Below, one piece after another: positions 52,931-64,000 of a stretch of 64,000 bases of DNA. Below the pieces are notes generated by a model. It was not told where the DNA came from. It saw nothing but the letters and a program-made list of their open reading frames with translations, and ran no database searches. Where the stretch lies: assembly GCF_001194135.2 (NCBI RefSeq), contig NC_068995.1, forward strand, positions 43,143,622-43,207,621, written 5' to 3'. The position numbers were made by a program, and so were the translations under genes. This stretch comes from Octopus bimaculoides. Lineage: Eukaryota. The number at the start of each line of letters is the position of its first letter. The stretch's first letter is position 1.

Positions 52931-53151
52931 CAGACGGTCTTATAACAACATCTTTACTGTCACATCTCACGAATGAACCGTTTTTGGTCCGAATAGTGAC
53001 TGGTGACGAGAAATGGGTTCTCTATAAAAATGTCAAGCACCAGAGACAGTGGGTTGGGATAGGAGAAACACCGACACCCCAGTCTAAAGAAGGTCTTCAC
53101 CCACGTAAGGTGTTGTTATCCGTTTGGTGGTGTATGAAAGGTTGAGTCCAC
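52931..53151 (+). mobile_element. Mariner transposase central fragment
   Basis: SLLSHLTNEPFLVRIVTGDEKWVLYKNVKHQRQW...EGLHPRKVLLSVWWCMKG*VH; contains the first catalytic D in TGDEKW. Confidence 0.92.
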
Positions 53152-53308
53152 AGCCCTTGACCTTCTTTCTTCCTCCTGGTTCATTACTTCTGCTTGGATT
53201 ATAACCTTCCTCTCCTCGATTTTCTCCTTTTTCCAATGATGTCGCGTAGTTTCAGCATACTCCCAGAGCCTGAGCGACTGTAGTGCTGGGCACTGAGTTT
53301 CGCCCAGA

Positions 53309-53864
53309 CTGCGCACGATTAGACTCGAAACTTTTGTGAGGAACACGTTCACCCTCATTTACTGACTTTTGCGATGGCACGCAGGTGTCGAGGAACGGTT
53401 GAATTACCGAATCCATATATCTCTGCTTGTCCTACGACAGTTATGATGGAATTTTGTTCCACCAGGGTTTACAGGACGTTCTCGTCGTGCACGACAGATT
53501 TTCCAGAACGAGGCTTGTCTTCTAGGTTGTAGCTTCTGGCTCGGAATTTCTGAACCACCCTTGACACTGGTTACAATTATTTTTCGATCCCCATACACTT
53601 CATTAAATCTTCCTCGCACTTTCAGTTGTTGTCATTATTGAACACATAAAGCAAAATATGCCGAATATGCTCCTTAGTCTCTTCCATTATAACTTTCAAA
53701 ACATAACTGTTAAAATCGAACTGCAGCCTTTAAAATATGAATGAGAACAAGGTAAAAGTACTACCTACTTTTATAACATGTTGATGCAGGTAGTTTATCT
53801 TGACCCCTCCGACTTTTAGTTTATGCAATTGAAAAACCAACATTATTTATGGGATGACCCCCAA
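53309..53864 (-). mobile_element. Mariner 5' end with transposase N-terminus
   Basis: TIR-like ttgggggtcatcccataaataat next to TA (53865-53866); ATG at 53687 MEETKEHIRHILLY..NEVYGD..LEDKPRSG..STVPRHLRAIAKVSK..VPHK..SNRAQ. Confidence 0.88.
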
Positions 53865-53982
53865 TATATGCATATTTACATATATACATACATATATATA
53901 TCTGTTCATATATAGATATACATACACACACCACACACACACACACACATATACATATATATACGGCAACATCGGTGATTGT

Positions 53983-54027
53983 CGTACGCTGACGAAGGTT
54001 AAATACCTAGAAACTCGGGTCCGTGCG
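53983..54027 (+). ncRNA. Type I hammerhead ribozyme, near-canonical
   Basis: CGUACG-CUGACGA-AGGU-UAAAU-ACCU-A-GAAAC-UCGG-GUC-CGUGCG: 6-bp stem I, exact core, 4-bp stem II, GUC triplet at 54019-54021; one extra A before GAAA. Confidence 0.75.
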
Positions 54028-54130
54028 TATCTCGTCAGATCGACAGTGGGAAGGATGACTTCCCTTTGCAAATACCGACAGGGCACAGAAAGTGTGTCAA
54101 TAGCCAGCTGGAGGAGATGTTCTCCTGGGG

Positions 54131-54180
<50 letters not shown>

Positions 54181-54191
54181 GNNNNNNNNNN

Positions 54192-54249
<58 letters not shown>

Positions 54250-54829
54250 GTAGATAGATATATAGATAGATAGATAATGTATATACACACATACTCGCAC
54301 GCACACGTACGCACACGCACGCACTAACACACACACATACACACACCAGTAAAAGGCCTCAGATAATCAAAGAAAACGATGTCTTTTGAGAAATCTAGAT
54401 TATTTGGAAATATAATTGTCAATTAGACAAGCCATGCATTCTTATTAGGCAATTATTTGAAGTGTTTATTTAGTATATTAATTAATTGAAATATAAAGAG
54501 ACCATAGATTCATATTACTTTAACTCTCTTTGCATTATTACGTACCATAAACGGTTTGTGATGTAGATTAACTCTGCTCTTTGATCTTACCATTCTCTAT
54601 ACAATTTTCAACTTATATTTATTGATTTTATAAAATTTAATGCGATTGGAGATGTAAAATGCGGAAGGTATCGGTACAATGAATTTGTAATCGAGGTTAG
54701 GTTTCTATTCGAAACCGTTTTAATCTACTTTCATTACACTCCTCTTTCGTGGATAGGAATTGTTTCCATGAATATGTCAGGCATTTTGTAAGAAGATCGT
54801 GCTTGTGAACATCCAACTAATGTCATTTA

Positions 54830-55138
54830 GTGAAGTCACATGGTGTAGTGGATAATGTATTCCGGCTCACGATCGTTAAGCCACAAGTTCGATTCCCGGT
54901 GGCGCGTCGTGTCCCTGAGCAAGACACTTTATTTCACATTGCTCCGGTCCACTCAGCTGACAAGAATGAGTAGTATCTGAGTTTTCAAAGAGCTACTTTT
55001 ATCACGTCCTCTGTCACGCTGAAAGCCTCTGAGAACTACTCTTAGCGTACGCGTGTCTGTGGAGTGCTCAGCTACTTGCGGGTTAATACCACGAGCAGCT
55101 GATCTGTTGATTGGATCAATTCTAACCCTCATCATCAT
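54830..55138 (+). mobile_element. SINE with family C head and core and a different tail
   Basis: B-box gttcgattccc; core 54909-54959 matches 45135-45185; the downstream sequence does not align to the family C tail. Confidence 0.78.
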
Positions 55139-55659
55139 GACATAGAATTACGATATTCATTTGGTAGCAAAATTCAATTTTGTATGGTGTACCGTTCACG
55201 TATTTTGTGAAACGGTTTAGGAGACAAAAAAGAATTGGATTCATTCTGCCAGAATAGAATGTGACAAATAAGATTTCCATGATTTCAAAAGGGTAGAAAA
55301 TAGTGATGTTCAAAATGGTAATGTTGAAAGTGCTGAAGAAGGAATTTAAAAGGATTGAGAATATTAGTAATGATGTTCATCATCATTTTAATAGTAATCG
55401 CGGGGATGATAATGAGGACAAAGACGATATTGGTTGTGATATTTTTCTTGTTGTTATCCACACCAAATACACCTCATTCTTCCTCGACGAATGAGGCATA
55501 TCCCCAAAGTCTATTCCTCGGTGATTATCTTGTTCGTTTCGATATAAAATTATCTAACATGTTTCTGTCTTTTAATGCAGGAGAGTGCGATTGGTAGATG
55601 ATTTGTCTTCTATTTCTAGCATATCAAGCGATCCCACCGACTTGCTACTCAGATAGATG

Positions 55660-55771
55660 ATGTTCATGATCATAATCATGATGATGATCGTGATCATGTA
55701 GGTAGTGGTGGTGGTGGTGGTGGTGGTGATGATGATGATGATAATGATGATGATGATGATGATGATTATGG

Positions 55772-55806
<35 letters not shown>

Positions 55807-56682
55807 GCATTTTTGTACCAAGGGACAAATTATGAAAAACTAACTCAAACAAAACAGCGCACATAGTCTTAGTAGTAGTAGTAGTAGTAGTAATAGTAGT
55901 AGTAGTAGTAGTAATAGTAGCAGTAGTAGTAGTAATAGTAGCAGTAGTAGTAGTAGCAGCAGCAGTAGCAGCACAGCAGCAGAAGTAGCTATCTCAAGCG
56001 TATTTATATTTCTAATGGTAGCTGTAATTAACACCAGCAAGGGCATTAGGAATAGCAATGGAAATTTGACTACTACTACTACGACTACTACTACTACTAC
56101 GACTACTACTANNNNNNNNNNNNNNNNNNNNNNNNNNNNNNNNNNNNNNNNNNNNNNNNNNNNNNNNNNNNNNNNNNNNNNNNNNNNNNNNNNNNNNNNN
56201 NNNNNNNNNNNNNNNNNNNNNNNNNNNNNNNNNNNNNNNNNNNNNNNNNNNNNNNNNNNNACTACTACGACTGCTACTAATTCTACTACTACTACTACTA
56301 CTACTACTACGACTACTACTACTACTACTACGACTACTACGACTACTACTACTACTACTACGACTACTACTACTACTACGACTACTACTAATTCTACTAC
56401 TACTACTACTACGACTACTACTAATTCTACTACTACTACTACTACTACGACTACTACTACTACTACGACTACTACTACTACTACGACTACTACTAATTCT
56501 ACTACTACTACTACTACTACAGATGATGATGATGACACTACTACTGCTGCTGATGATGATGTTGATGTTGTAACTACTACTCTTAATAGTAGTATTGGTA
56601 GCATCATTAGCAGTAGCAGTATCAGCAACAGCAGTATAAGTGGCCGAGGGTGGCAGCAACAAAAATATAATTCATACCATCG

Positions 56683-56714
<32 letters not shown>

Positions 56715-56715
56715 G
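55660..56715. repeat. (GAT)n, (AGT)n and (ACT)n trinucleotide arrays
   Basis: Blocks at about 55660-55805, 55865-55985 and 56070-56715 (the last with a gap). Confidence 0.95.
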
Positions 56716-56944
56716 CTCCATAATCTCATCATTATGCGATTTATTAACTCATTTTAAGCAATGGAGAATACAAAATGATACTCACAAAAAAAAAAAATAT
56801 TATCTCAAAGACTTACAGAGAATAGGATTTTTCTATGGAAAAACCTGGATGTATACTGAAAAAAGTAAAAAGAAATCAATAATGTTTTGGCTAAAAATAT
56901 CTTTCGCATAAACTCTAGATAATAATAACAACCGATTTAAATGT

Positions 56945-57710
56945 TGGCTGATTGGATGCTTGGTTGATTAGCTGGTTGGAAGGTTGGCTGGTTAATTGGT
57001 TGGTAGGTTGGTTGCTTGGTTTGTTGGTTGGATAACTGTCTACCTGGCTGAAAGGCTGGTTGGTTGGTTGGTTGGTAGGTTGTTTGATAGGTTGGTTGTT
57101 TGATTGGTTAGCTTGTTGGTTAGTTGGCTGGCTTGTTGGCTGGTTGGTTGATTGGTTGGCTGGTTGGATGGTAGGTTGGTTGATTGGATAGCTAGTTGGT
57201 TGCTTGTTTGCTTGGACGACTGGCTGGCTGGAAGGTTGGTTGGTTGATTGATTGGTAGGTTGGTTGGTTGGTTGGTTTGGTTGGTTGATTGGCTAGCTGG
57301 AAGGCTTGTTGGATTGTTGGTAGATTGGTCGTTTGGTTTGTTGGTTGGTCGGTTGGTTGGTTGGTTGGTCGGTTGGTTAGTTGACTGGCTAGATGGTTGG
57401 TTGGTTAGTTGATTGGCTAGCTCGTGGGTTGTTTGGCTGATTGGTTGGATAACTGACTGGATAGTTGGTTGGTTGGACGACTGGCTGGCTGGCTGGCTGG
57501 CTGGTGTGTTGGTTAGGTGGTAGGTTGTTTGGTTGGTTGGTTGGCTGGTTGGTAGGTAGTTTGCTTGGTTAGTTGGTCGGTTGGCTGTTTGGTTGGTTGA
57601 ATAGCTGGCTCGTCCGTCGGTTGGTTGATTGAATGGTTGATTGATTAGTTAGTTGGTCGGTTGATTGGTTGGTTAGTTTGGCTGACTGGCTGGTCGGTTG
57701 GCTTTTTGGC
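56945..57710. repeat. Complex tetranucleotide satellite (GGTT/GGCT/GATT)n
   Basis: About 770 bp of ggtt-based units with ggct, gatt and agtt variants. Confidence 0.95.
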
Positions 57711-58454
57711 TCTTTACACAGGATGGCAAAAGAATAGTTCCAACGTTTCCCGTCGTATGATTCTAATAGTTTTATGATATTGTTTCTTTGATAGTTTCAC
57801 CTCTATAGCTACAAATTTTGGCAAAACAGGAAATTTATAACTTCAACTCTCCTCGGTTGACATTAGAGTCATAACTGAAAATTGTTCTAACAAACCACAA
57901 AACCATCATGTGGTGCGTTTATCATCTCTGTCAAAACTTGGCCATAATATTATTTCGACATATGTACCCATCCAGAGATGTTTGATAAATGTGCATGATA
58001 ACGTTTTATTTTTGTTTATTTGTTTTTTTCTTTTTTGTTTCCAAATGGCGATACTACTGACACGAAATATTACCAAATAGGCATCAGAAATATATACAAT
58101 GAAATTTACCGCTTCTGTGAAGCACCAGCCATGTTCGTATAACTGCATATAATACTATTGATTTCCAAGGCAAGACTAATATTACTGGGAGTCATAAAAT
58201 CTTGTACATGTAGAGAAGTGACTAGAAATGTGCAATAAAGATTATGTAACTTGTTATATGTAAATAACGAAACAAAATGGTACATAAGCGGCTTCAATTG
58301 CAGTTCGCTTCTTTAGTCATCGCTGGGCAGTATATGTGATAGTCTCTCACACACGTTAACTTTTGTAAATATAAATTTTACTTGATTCCTTCTTTTGTTT
58401 AACTTTTCATTCTATTTCTCCAATTCATTCTTTTCTTTCATTAGCGCAAGCTAT

Positions 58455-58830
58455 GCTTCTATATGTTTTCCATTCTATTTCTCTTTCCTTCCCCTCCGCC
58501 TTCTCCCATTCTCCTCCACCTCCTCCTCCTCCTCCTCCTCCTCATCCTCCCTCTTTTGATTCTACTTCTCACACCTTTCATCATTTCTCCCTCCTGCTTC
58601 TCTTTTCATCTCTTCTCTCTCTTTCTCCACTTTCAATTTCTTCCTTTTTTTCCTCCTCACCCTCTTCTCGTTTTTTTTCTTTTTTCTTTCCTTTTCTCTA
58701 CTCTCCACCACTCCTCTTTTTTTTCTTCTTCTTCTTCTACTTCACCTTCTTCTTCCTCCTTTTCTTCTTCATCGTTTCTTTTTTTATTTACGTTCTTCTT
58801 TTATTTCTTGTCTATGATTTTCTCATTCCA
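58455..58830. repeat. Polypyrimidine (CT/CTT/CCT) tract
   Basis: Direct inspection. Confidence 0.9.
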
Positions 58831-60487
58831 CATTTAATCTAATTTAATCACGTACACCTAATCTTTCATTGTCTTCATGACTCGAGTTTTAGAGGCGACA
58901 GAGAAACTTCCACGTAGTCGTGAAACAAAGTGAAAAAAGGAATTAAAATTTCGACTAATTCCACTGGAATATTTTCCATACGCATACACACCTACACACA
59001 CCCATACAAGTGAACCCATACATGCACACACATGTATGTACATACACGTATCTACACTCAGATACACACACAAACATACGAAATTTAAACGTAAATACCG
59101 TATTTTCACGTCTAAGTCATAGTATATACGTTGAAAATTACATGTGTATGGGTGTGCGTGTGTATGAATGAGTGTGTTTTTTTTGTATATGTGCAAAACG
59201 ATTAGTGAAAACATGTTACATATTTCCAAGATATACACGGCCGCGAGGGACGGCTGGCCGTACTATATTTGTACAACATGTAAAATTCAAAGGTAAACTA
59301 TTTTAACCATTGCGCATTTACATCATATTTCATGTAACACGCTGAATTTTTAGAACTATATGATTTAGGCTTAGTTATTTTGCCTGACTTAGTATTTAGA
59401 GCTGTGGGTACACAATCGGGAAGGCTCATGCACGAATCTCGGATCTGGCGGTGGATTGTCCTTCAGAACATTAATTTAGGTGATGTTATTCCAGGATGTT
59501 ATACCTGAAAATAAGTACGAGCTACAGGTGTTGGGGAGATGTTAATACTACAACGGACTGACGTCCCTTTTATCGTTAGTAACTTAAATGCCACAAAATT
59601 TGGAACTGGCACCTTCTATTTGGCCTGTAAGCTCAAGGGAAATCGCAAATGTTGACGTTAAGAAATAGTTCTGAGTGAATCCAAAGGACGAGCCTTCAAC
59701 AGTTCGTAAATCTTAGTAAATGCACTACTTCACAAAACCCATATTTGTATAATAACAAATGTTCGGCTAAAGTATTATCTAAACATCTTTAAAGCATTCA
59801 TCATACAGAACGTTAAAAAATATATGTTGACACAATGAAGGCAAACAACATTTTAAAATATTTTTGTTAGAATTCAGGAAAAATATCTTAATTTTAGTAG
59901 CAGCATGTCTAGTCTATGGCTGAATCAGTAAGTCCGTAAAGTACCAAAGAACATAAATGAACATGTTCTAACTAACTTTAAACTAATAAAGAGGCAATTT
60001 ATAAATAAATTTTCGTCTGGTTTATGAAGTCAAGTGTTCATGAAATGGAAGCAAAATTGCTGAAGTGTAGTTGTATCTTTGTCGATGAAAAATAAAAATT
60101 AAAATCCTGAATACATCAGGAAATAAGATTAAAAGCGTTCTATTTTGGAGTTGTTTTTATTCGTTGGTTTATTTTCATTTTCACACTTAAATCATTTTTG
60201 GAAGAGCTACAGAATTCCTTGAGGTTAAAGGCCCAAAAATACATTTATTGATTTTTCGTTTTCAAATTGTACATTATTAATGAATTATTCTTTACTTTTC
60301 AGTTTTATCGATTATTAACTCTGTACATATATGTGTGGTTGTGTGTGTGTGTGTGTGTGTGCGTGTGTGTGTGCGTGTGTGTGCCTGTGTAAGTATGTAT
60401 ATACATATGTATATAAAGACATATTTATGCATAGATGTATATATACACCCACGTATACGCATACATGCACACACGCACACACACATA

Positions 60488-60520
<33 letters not shown>

Positions 60521-60717
60521 TCATCTATATATATATGTATTTATATACATACATACAGATAGATAACTATAGAAATAGATATATCGATGTATACGTATTA
60601 GTATATACATATTTATATATATACACACACACACATGCACATACACGTACGCACGCATGCAAACACTCATAGACACACATACACAGATAAACACACACTT
60701 ATATATAATACATCTTG

Positions 60718-60757
<40 letters not shown>

Positions 60758-60796
60758 NNNNNNNNNNNNNNNNNNNNNNNNNNATACATATATATA

Positions 60797-60835
<39 letters not shown>

Positions 60836-61479
60836 TACTTTATTTTCTATTTCGGTATTGACTCTTGTAGAATATAACCCTGACAGAAAAGGAAGCAAAA
60901 CATTCAGTCAATATCAGGCCATCGAATAGCTACTATCAATAAGAAAGAACAGCTTTAAACAACAAAACTGCGCAATGATATTCCGATATGATAAAAGCAA
61001 TAAGATTTGTTCCAGGATTGCTGCCGACCATTTTGTCGCTTGCTGCCAGTCACAATAAAACCAAAATGAATAGCGAAATCTCTAAATAAATTAAAGAGGA
61101 AAGAAAACATAATTAAAATATGCGAAATTTATTACGTAACAAACAGAAGAGAAATGAATTGCAGATTGTTCATAGATAACAGTGTGGCTAATGTTTAAGA
61201 GGAGGCTTAATGCTGTTGGGTTGGTTGTGATAGTGTTGGTTGTCGTCGCCGCCGCCGTCGTCGTCGTCTTCGTACAGCTGCTGTCGCTTTTACTCTCACC
61301 GATCATAGTGATGCTGGTGCAGGTTGGACTGGAGATGTTGTTGAAAAAAAAATATTGTCGGCAGTGCTGAATACAGAAAAGTAACAATCATTTAATTAGC
61401 GTCGCTTCATTCAGGTATTTCCAACAAAATTAGGTTTGAATTTCAATTACAAAAAAACAAAATTTCTACAATCATTTAC

Positions 61480-61610
61480 TACTATTATTATTATTACTAA
61501 TGCTACTGCTGCTGCTGCTGCTACTACCACAACTACTACTACTATTACTACTACTACTACTACTACTACTACTACAAGTACCACTGCTACCAGTATCACC
61601 AATAATAATA
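61480..61610. repeat. (ACT)/(GCT) tract
   Basis: Direct inspection. Confidence 0.9.
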
Positions 61611-62313
61611 ATGTTTTATAATAATTTGCCACAGGAGACATTAAAATGTGTTGGGCATTACATAAAAAGATGGGGTCAGAAAGGCAGGTGACGGGTGAGA
61701 TGAGATAGCGTTGGACATAGCTTACGTTTTAGGTCCAAATACTTTTTAAGTAAGCTCTGGGACGTACCGTCAGAGATACACTTGGGACATAGGGGTTTTT
61801 GTTCTTCGAGCATTACATTACTTGCCCTGTTGACCCAGGTTTAGTTGATCAAGTCCCAGGCTACACCCCGAAAGCAGCGAATAACTGGTCTGGTTTTTCT
61901 TTTCTTTGTTACCCAGTATCTTCAAGCTCAGTTTCGCAGATACAGGAGAACTTCCATCTAGAGCCAACAATGGAAATACCAAAATATCCCGACTTTTGAG
62001 AAATTGCTGGGAAGCGAGTACTTTCTTCTCACTGCCCCTTACTTTTCTGTCGAAGAATAACATGAAAAAATTTGATGATGTCTTAATCGAAGCCTAAGGT
62101 GACTATCTTCAATCTTTTTAGCCTCGCCCATCGCATAATATATTTCTTCGTAGCCTCTAGACAAATAAACGCTGACTTTGATGTATTGTTATTACGCAGA
62201 GAACGGAATAACCTTCACGATTGTCTCGTCTGGTATCTGTTGTCCTATATGCGACAACAGATATTCGACTTAAATTCACGATTCAAAATTGATTGGCCAA
62301 CTACATCTGTACG

Positions 62314-62676
62314 AGTAATACAACACTTCGCAAATATTGCCTTCGAGTAAAACCATCAATAGAAGAGAAAATGACCAAAGGCTGCGTGTCCTCCATCCCA
62401 CGCAGCTGGGGTAGGTTATACAAAGGCGAAACATGTCGCCCCCTCAAAATAAGTGTAGAGAAATATCGCAAAGTTGTGACACGAAGAGCTTTTGATAAAT
62501 CGGATGTAGCTGATCATGTAAGGTAAATCGGAGACAACCTCCCCCAGTGGGGTGAAGTGAAAATAATAGACAGAAAACACCACTGGGAAATACGAAAACT
62601 AAAAGAAGCAGCACATATGCTAAGACATAATAGCCTCCTAAGCATACCTAGTGCAGATATGAGTAGCATATGGGAA
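62314..62676 (+). mobile_element. Penelope-like retroelement GIY-YIG endonuclease fragment
   Basis: TLRKYCLRVKPSIEEKMTKGCVSSIPRSWGRLYKGETCRPLKISVEKYRK..KSDVADHVR*IGDNLPQWGEVKIIDRKHHWEIRKLKEAAHML..SIWE in one frame with a single stop (62524-62526); matches the PLE pattern VY.IPC.CG..YIGET.R.L..R..EH....S..A.H.......W..V.I.......R..KE. Confidence 0.88.
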
Positions 62677-62809
62677 TATGGCGTAGTGGTTAAGAGCACG
62701 GGCTACTAACACCAAGATTCCGAGTTCGATTCCAATCAGTGGAATAATAATAATAATAATAATAATATCGAAAAATACCTTACGAATGAGAGTCCAGGTT
62801 TGAAATTTT
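62677..62809 (+). mobile_element. Family D element, 5' half (tRNA-like head + (AAT)n)
   Basis: A-box tggcgtagtgg (62679-62689), B-box gttcgattcc (62724-62733), (AAT)n, then a body matching the 12387-12435 minus strand. Confidence 0.8.
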
Positions 62810-64000
62810 AGTTGTCATATTTACTTTACTTTACATGAAATATTATGATCTTACGATCACTTCAAAGTTTCTTATTTCTTTATTGCCCACAAGGGGCTAA
62901 ACATAGAGGGGANNNNNNNNNNNNNNNNNNNNNNNNNNNNNNNNNNNNNNNNNNNNNNNNNNNNNNNNNNNNNNNNNNNNNNNNNNNNNNNNNNNNNNNN
63001 NNNNNNNNNNNNTATATATATATATATATATATGGGGGAATACTTGAGGTTATCCGGAAGGCAGAAAACAACAAATCTTTCGGTCGAAATATATTTTCTG
63101 TTAAATACATTCGTGTTTTACATTCATTCAATTTCCCGAGCACCGAATCTCATAACAGTTCAATTTTGGCAAATAACCTGCAGTTATTTTAAAGTGACAA
63201 GATAACCTAACCCTTAGATATTGCCTATGTACTCGCACACACACACATACTAACACTCACACTCATATACAGAAGTACACATGATAACTCGTTTCATGTT
63301 GTTGTTTTTTTCTATTAAACTCAATCCTTCAGGCTTTTTTTTTTCTTTTCAGTTTTGATTGGATCCATTATCTTTTTCTTACTAAACGTTTGAAGTGTTA
63401 TAAAAATCTATAAAGTGATGACTGTTTAGGTCAAGAGGTTTTACATTTATGTGTAAGAAGAAGGTGGCCAAATCAATAAACAGCTTTATTACTGGTCAAA
63501 CGATTATTGAGTTAGAACATGTGAGCTTTACGTTGCTGCATCCGTAGCAAATACATTTTACTTTAAGCGTTTTAGATGTCTAAAATAATCATACGTAAGA
63601 ATGACAAGTCATGATTACATTAACGATATATACATCTGTGTTCTCAAAAACTACCAAAGTCGAAACTCAATAAAATATTTACATCCAGTAGATTGATAAC
63701 TTTATCACTGCGTAGCAATCGAAAAAGAAGAGGCGCTGGTTATAAAACTGATTTAGCTGGGGGTTAAACGAAACAAAAATATGATAATTATTCTGAATAC
63801 ATTTCAACACGAACGTTCACGGACTAATGTTACTTGAGGATTATTTTGTTTCATTTAGATATCTCTAGAACCGAAACGAGAAACAATTCAAACTTTCAAC
63901 AATACAGCGTGTGTGAAAGCTTGCGTAAACATTCACTCTAAAATATGTATATATGCATGTACACATTTACAGAGTTATATATATATATATATATATATAT

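Noticed and set aside
56015-56911. 298-aa poly-Thr mucin-like ORF
   Set aside because: Pure (ACT)n array spanning a gap; the other frames give poly-Ser/Val/Leu equally well.
61700-62100. GC-richer segment with several 60-80-aa ORFs upstream of the Penelope fragment
   Set aside because: No RT or other motif could be matched; not demonstrably part of the Penelope element.
1-64000. CRISPR arrays, operons or other prokaryotic systems
   Set aside because: No repeat-spacer periodicity or gene-dense coding; the sequence is eukaryotic repeat-rich DNA.

Overview
AT-rich animal genomic DNA with very dense (TA)n/(CA)n/(GAT)n/(ACT)n microsatellites and many assembly gaps (largest 10540-11457). The repeat content looks like a coleoid cephalopod, probably Octopus; this is inference from recalled repeat families, not a database search. 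I found no host protein-coding gene, no intact transposase or RT ORF, no true tRNA/rRNA gene and no CRISPR array. Nearly all long ORFs in the supplied track are translations of microsatellites or N-gaps. Supportable content is decayed mobile DNA: at least four Pol III-type (tRNA-like head) SINE families, three Tc1/mariner remnants plus a MITE, an RTE-type LINE RT fragment, a Helitron Rep fragment, a Helentron-like non-autonomous element and a Penelope-like GIY-YIG fragment. The most interesting signals are four hammerhead-ribozyme-like motifs in different repeat contexts (one near-canonical type I with a GUC site at 53983-54027), a tRNA-headed element that carries a hammerhead and abuts a Penelope endonuclease end, and several long inverted repeats (97-bp arms at 96/97 identity; about 380-bp arms).
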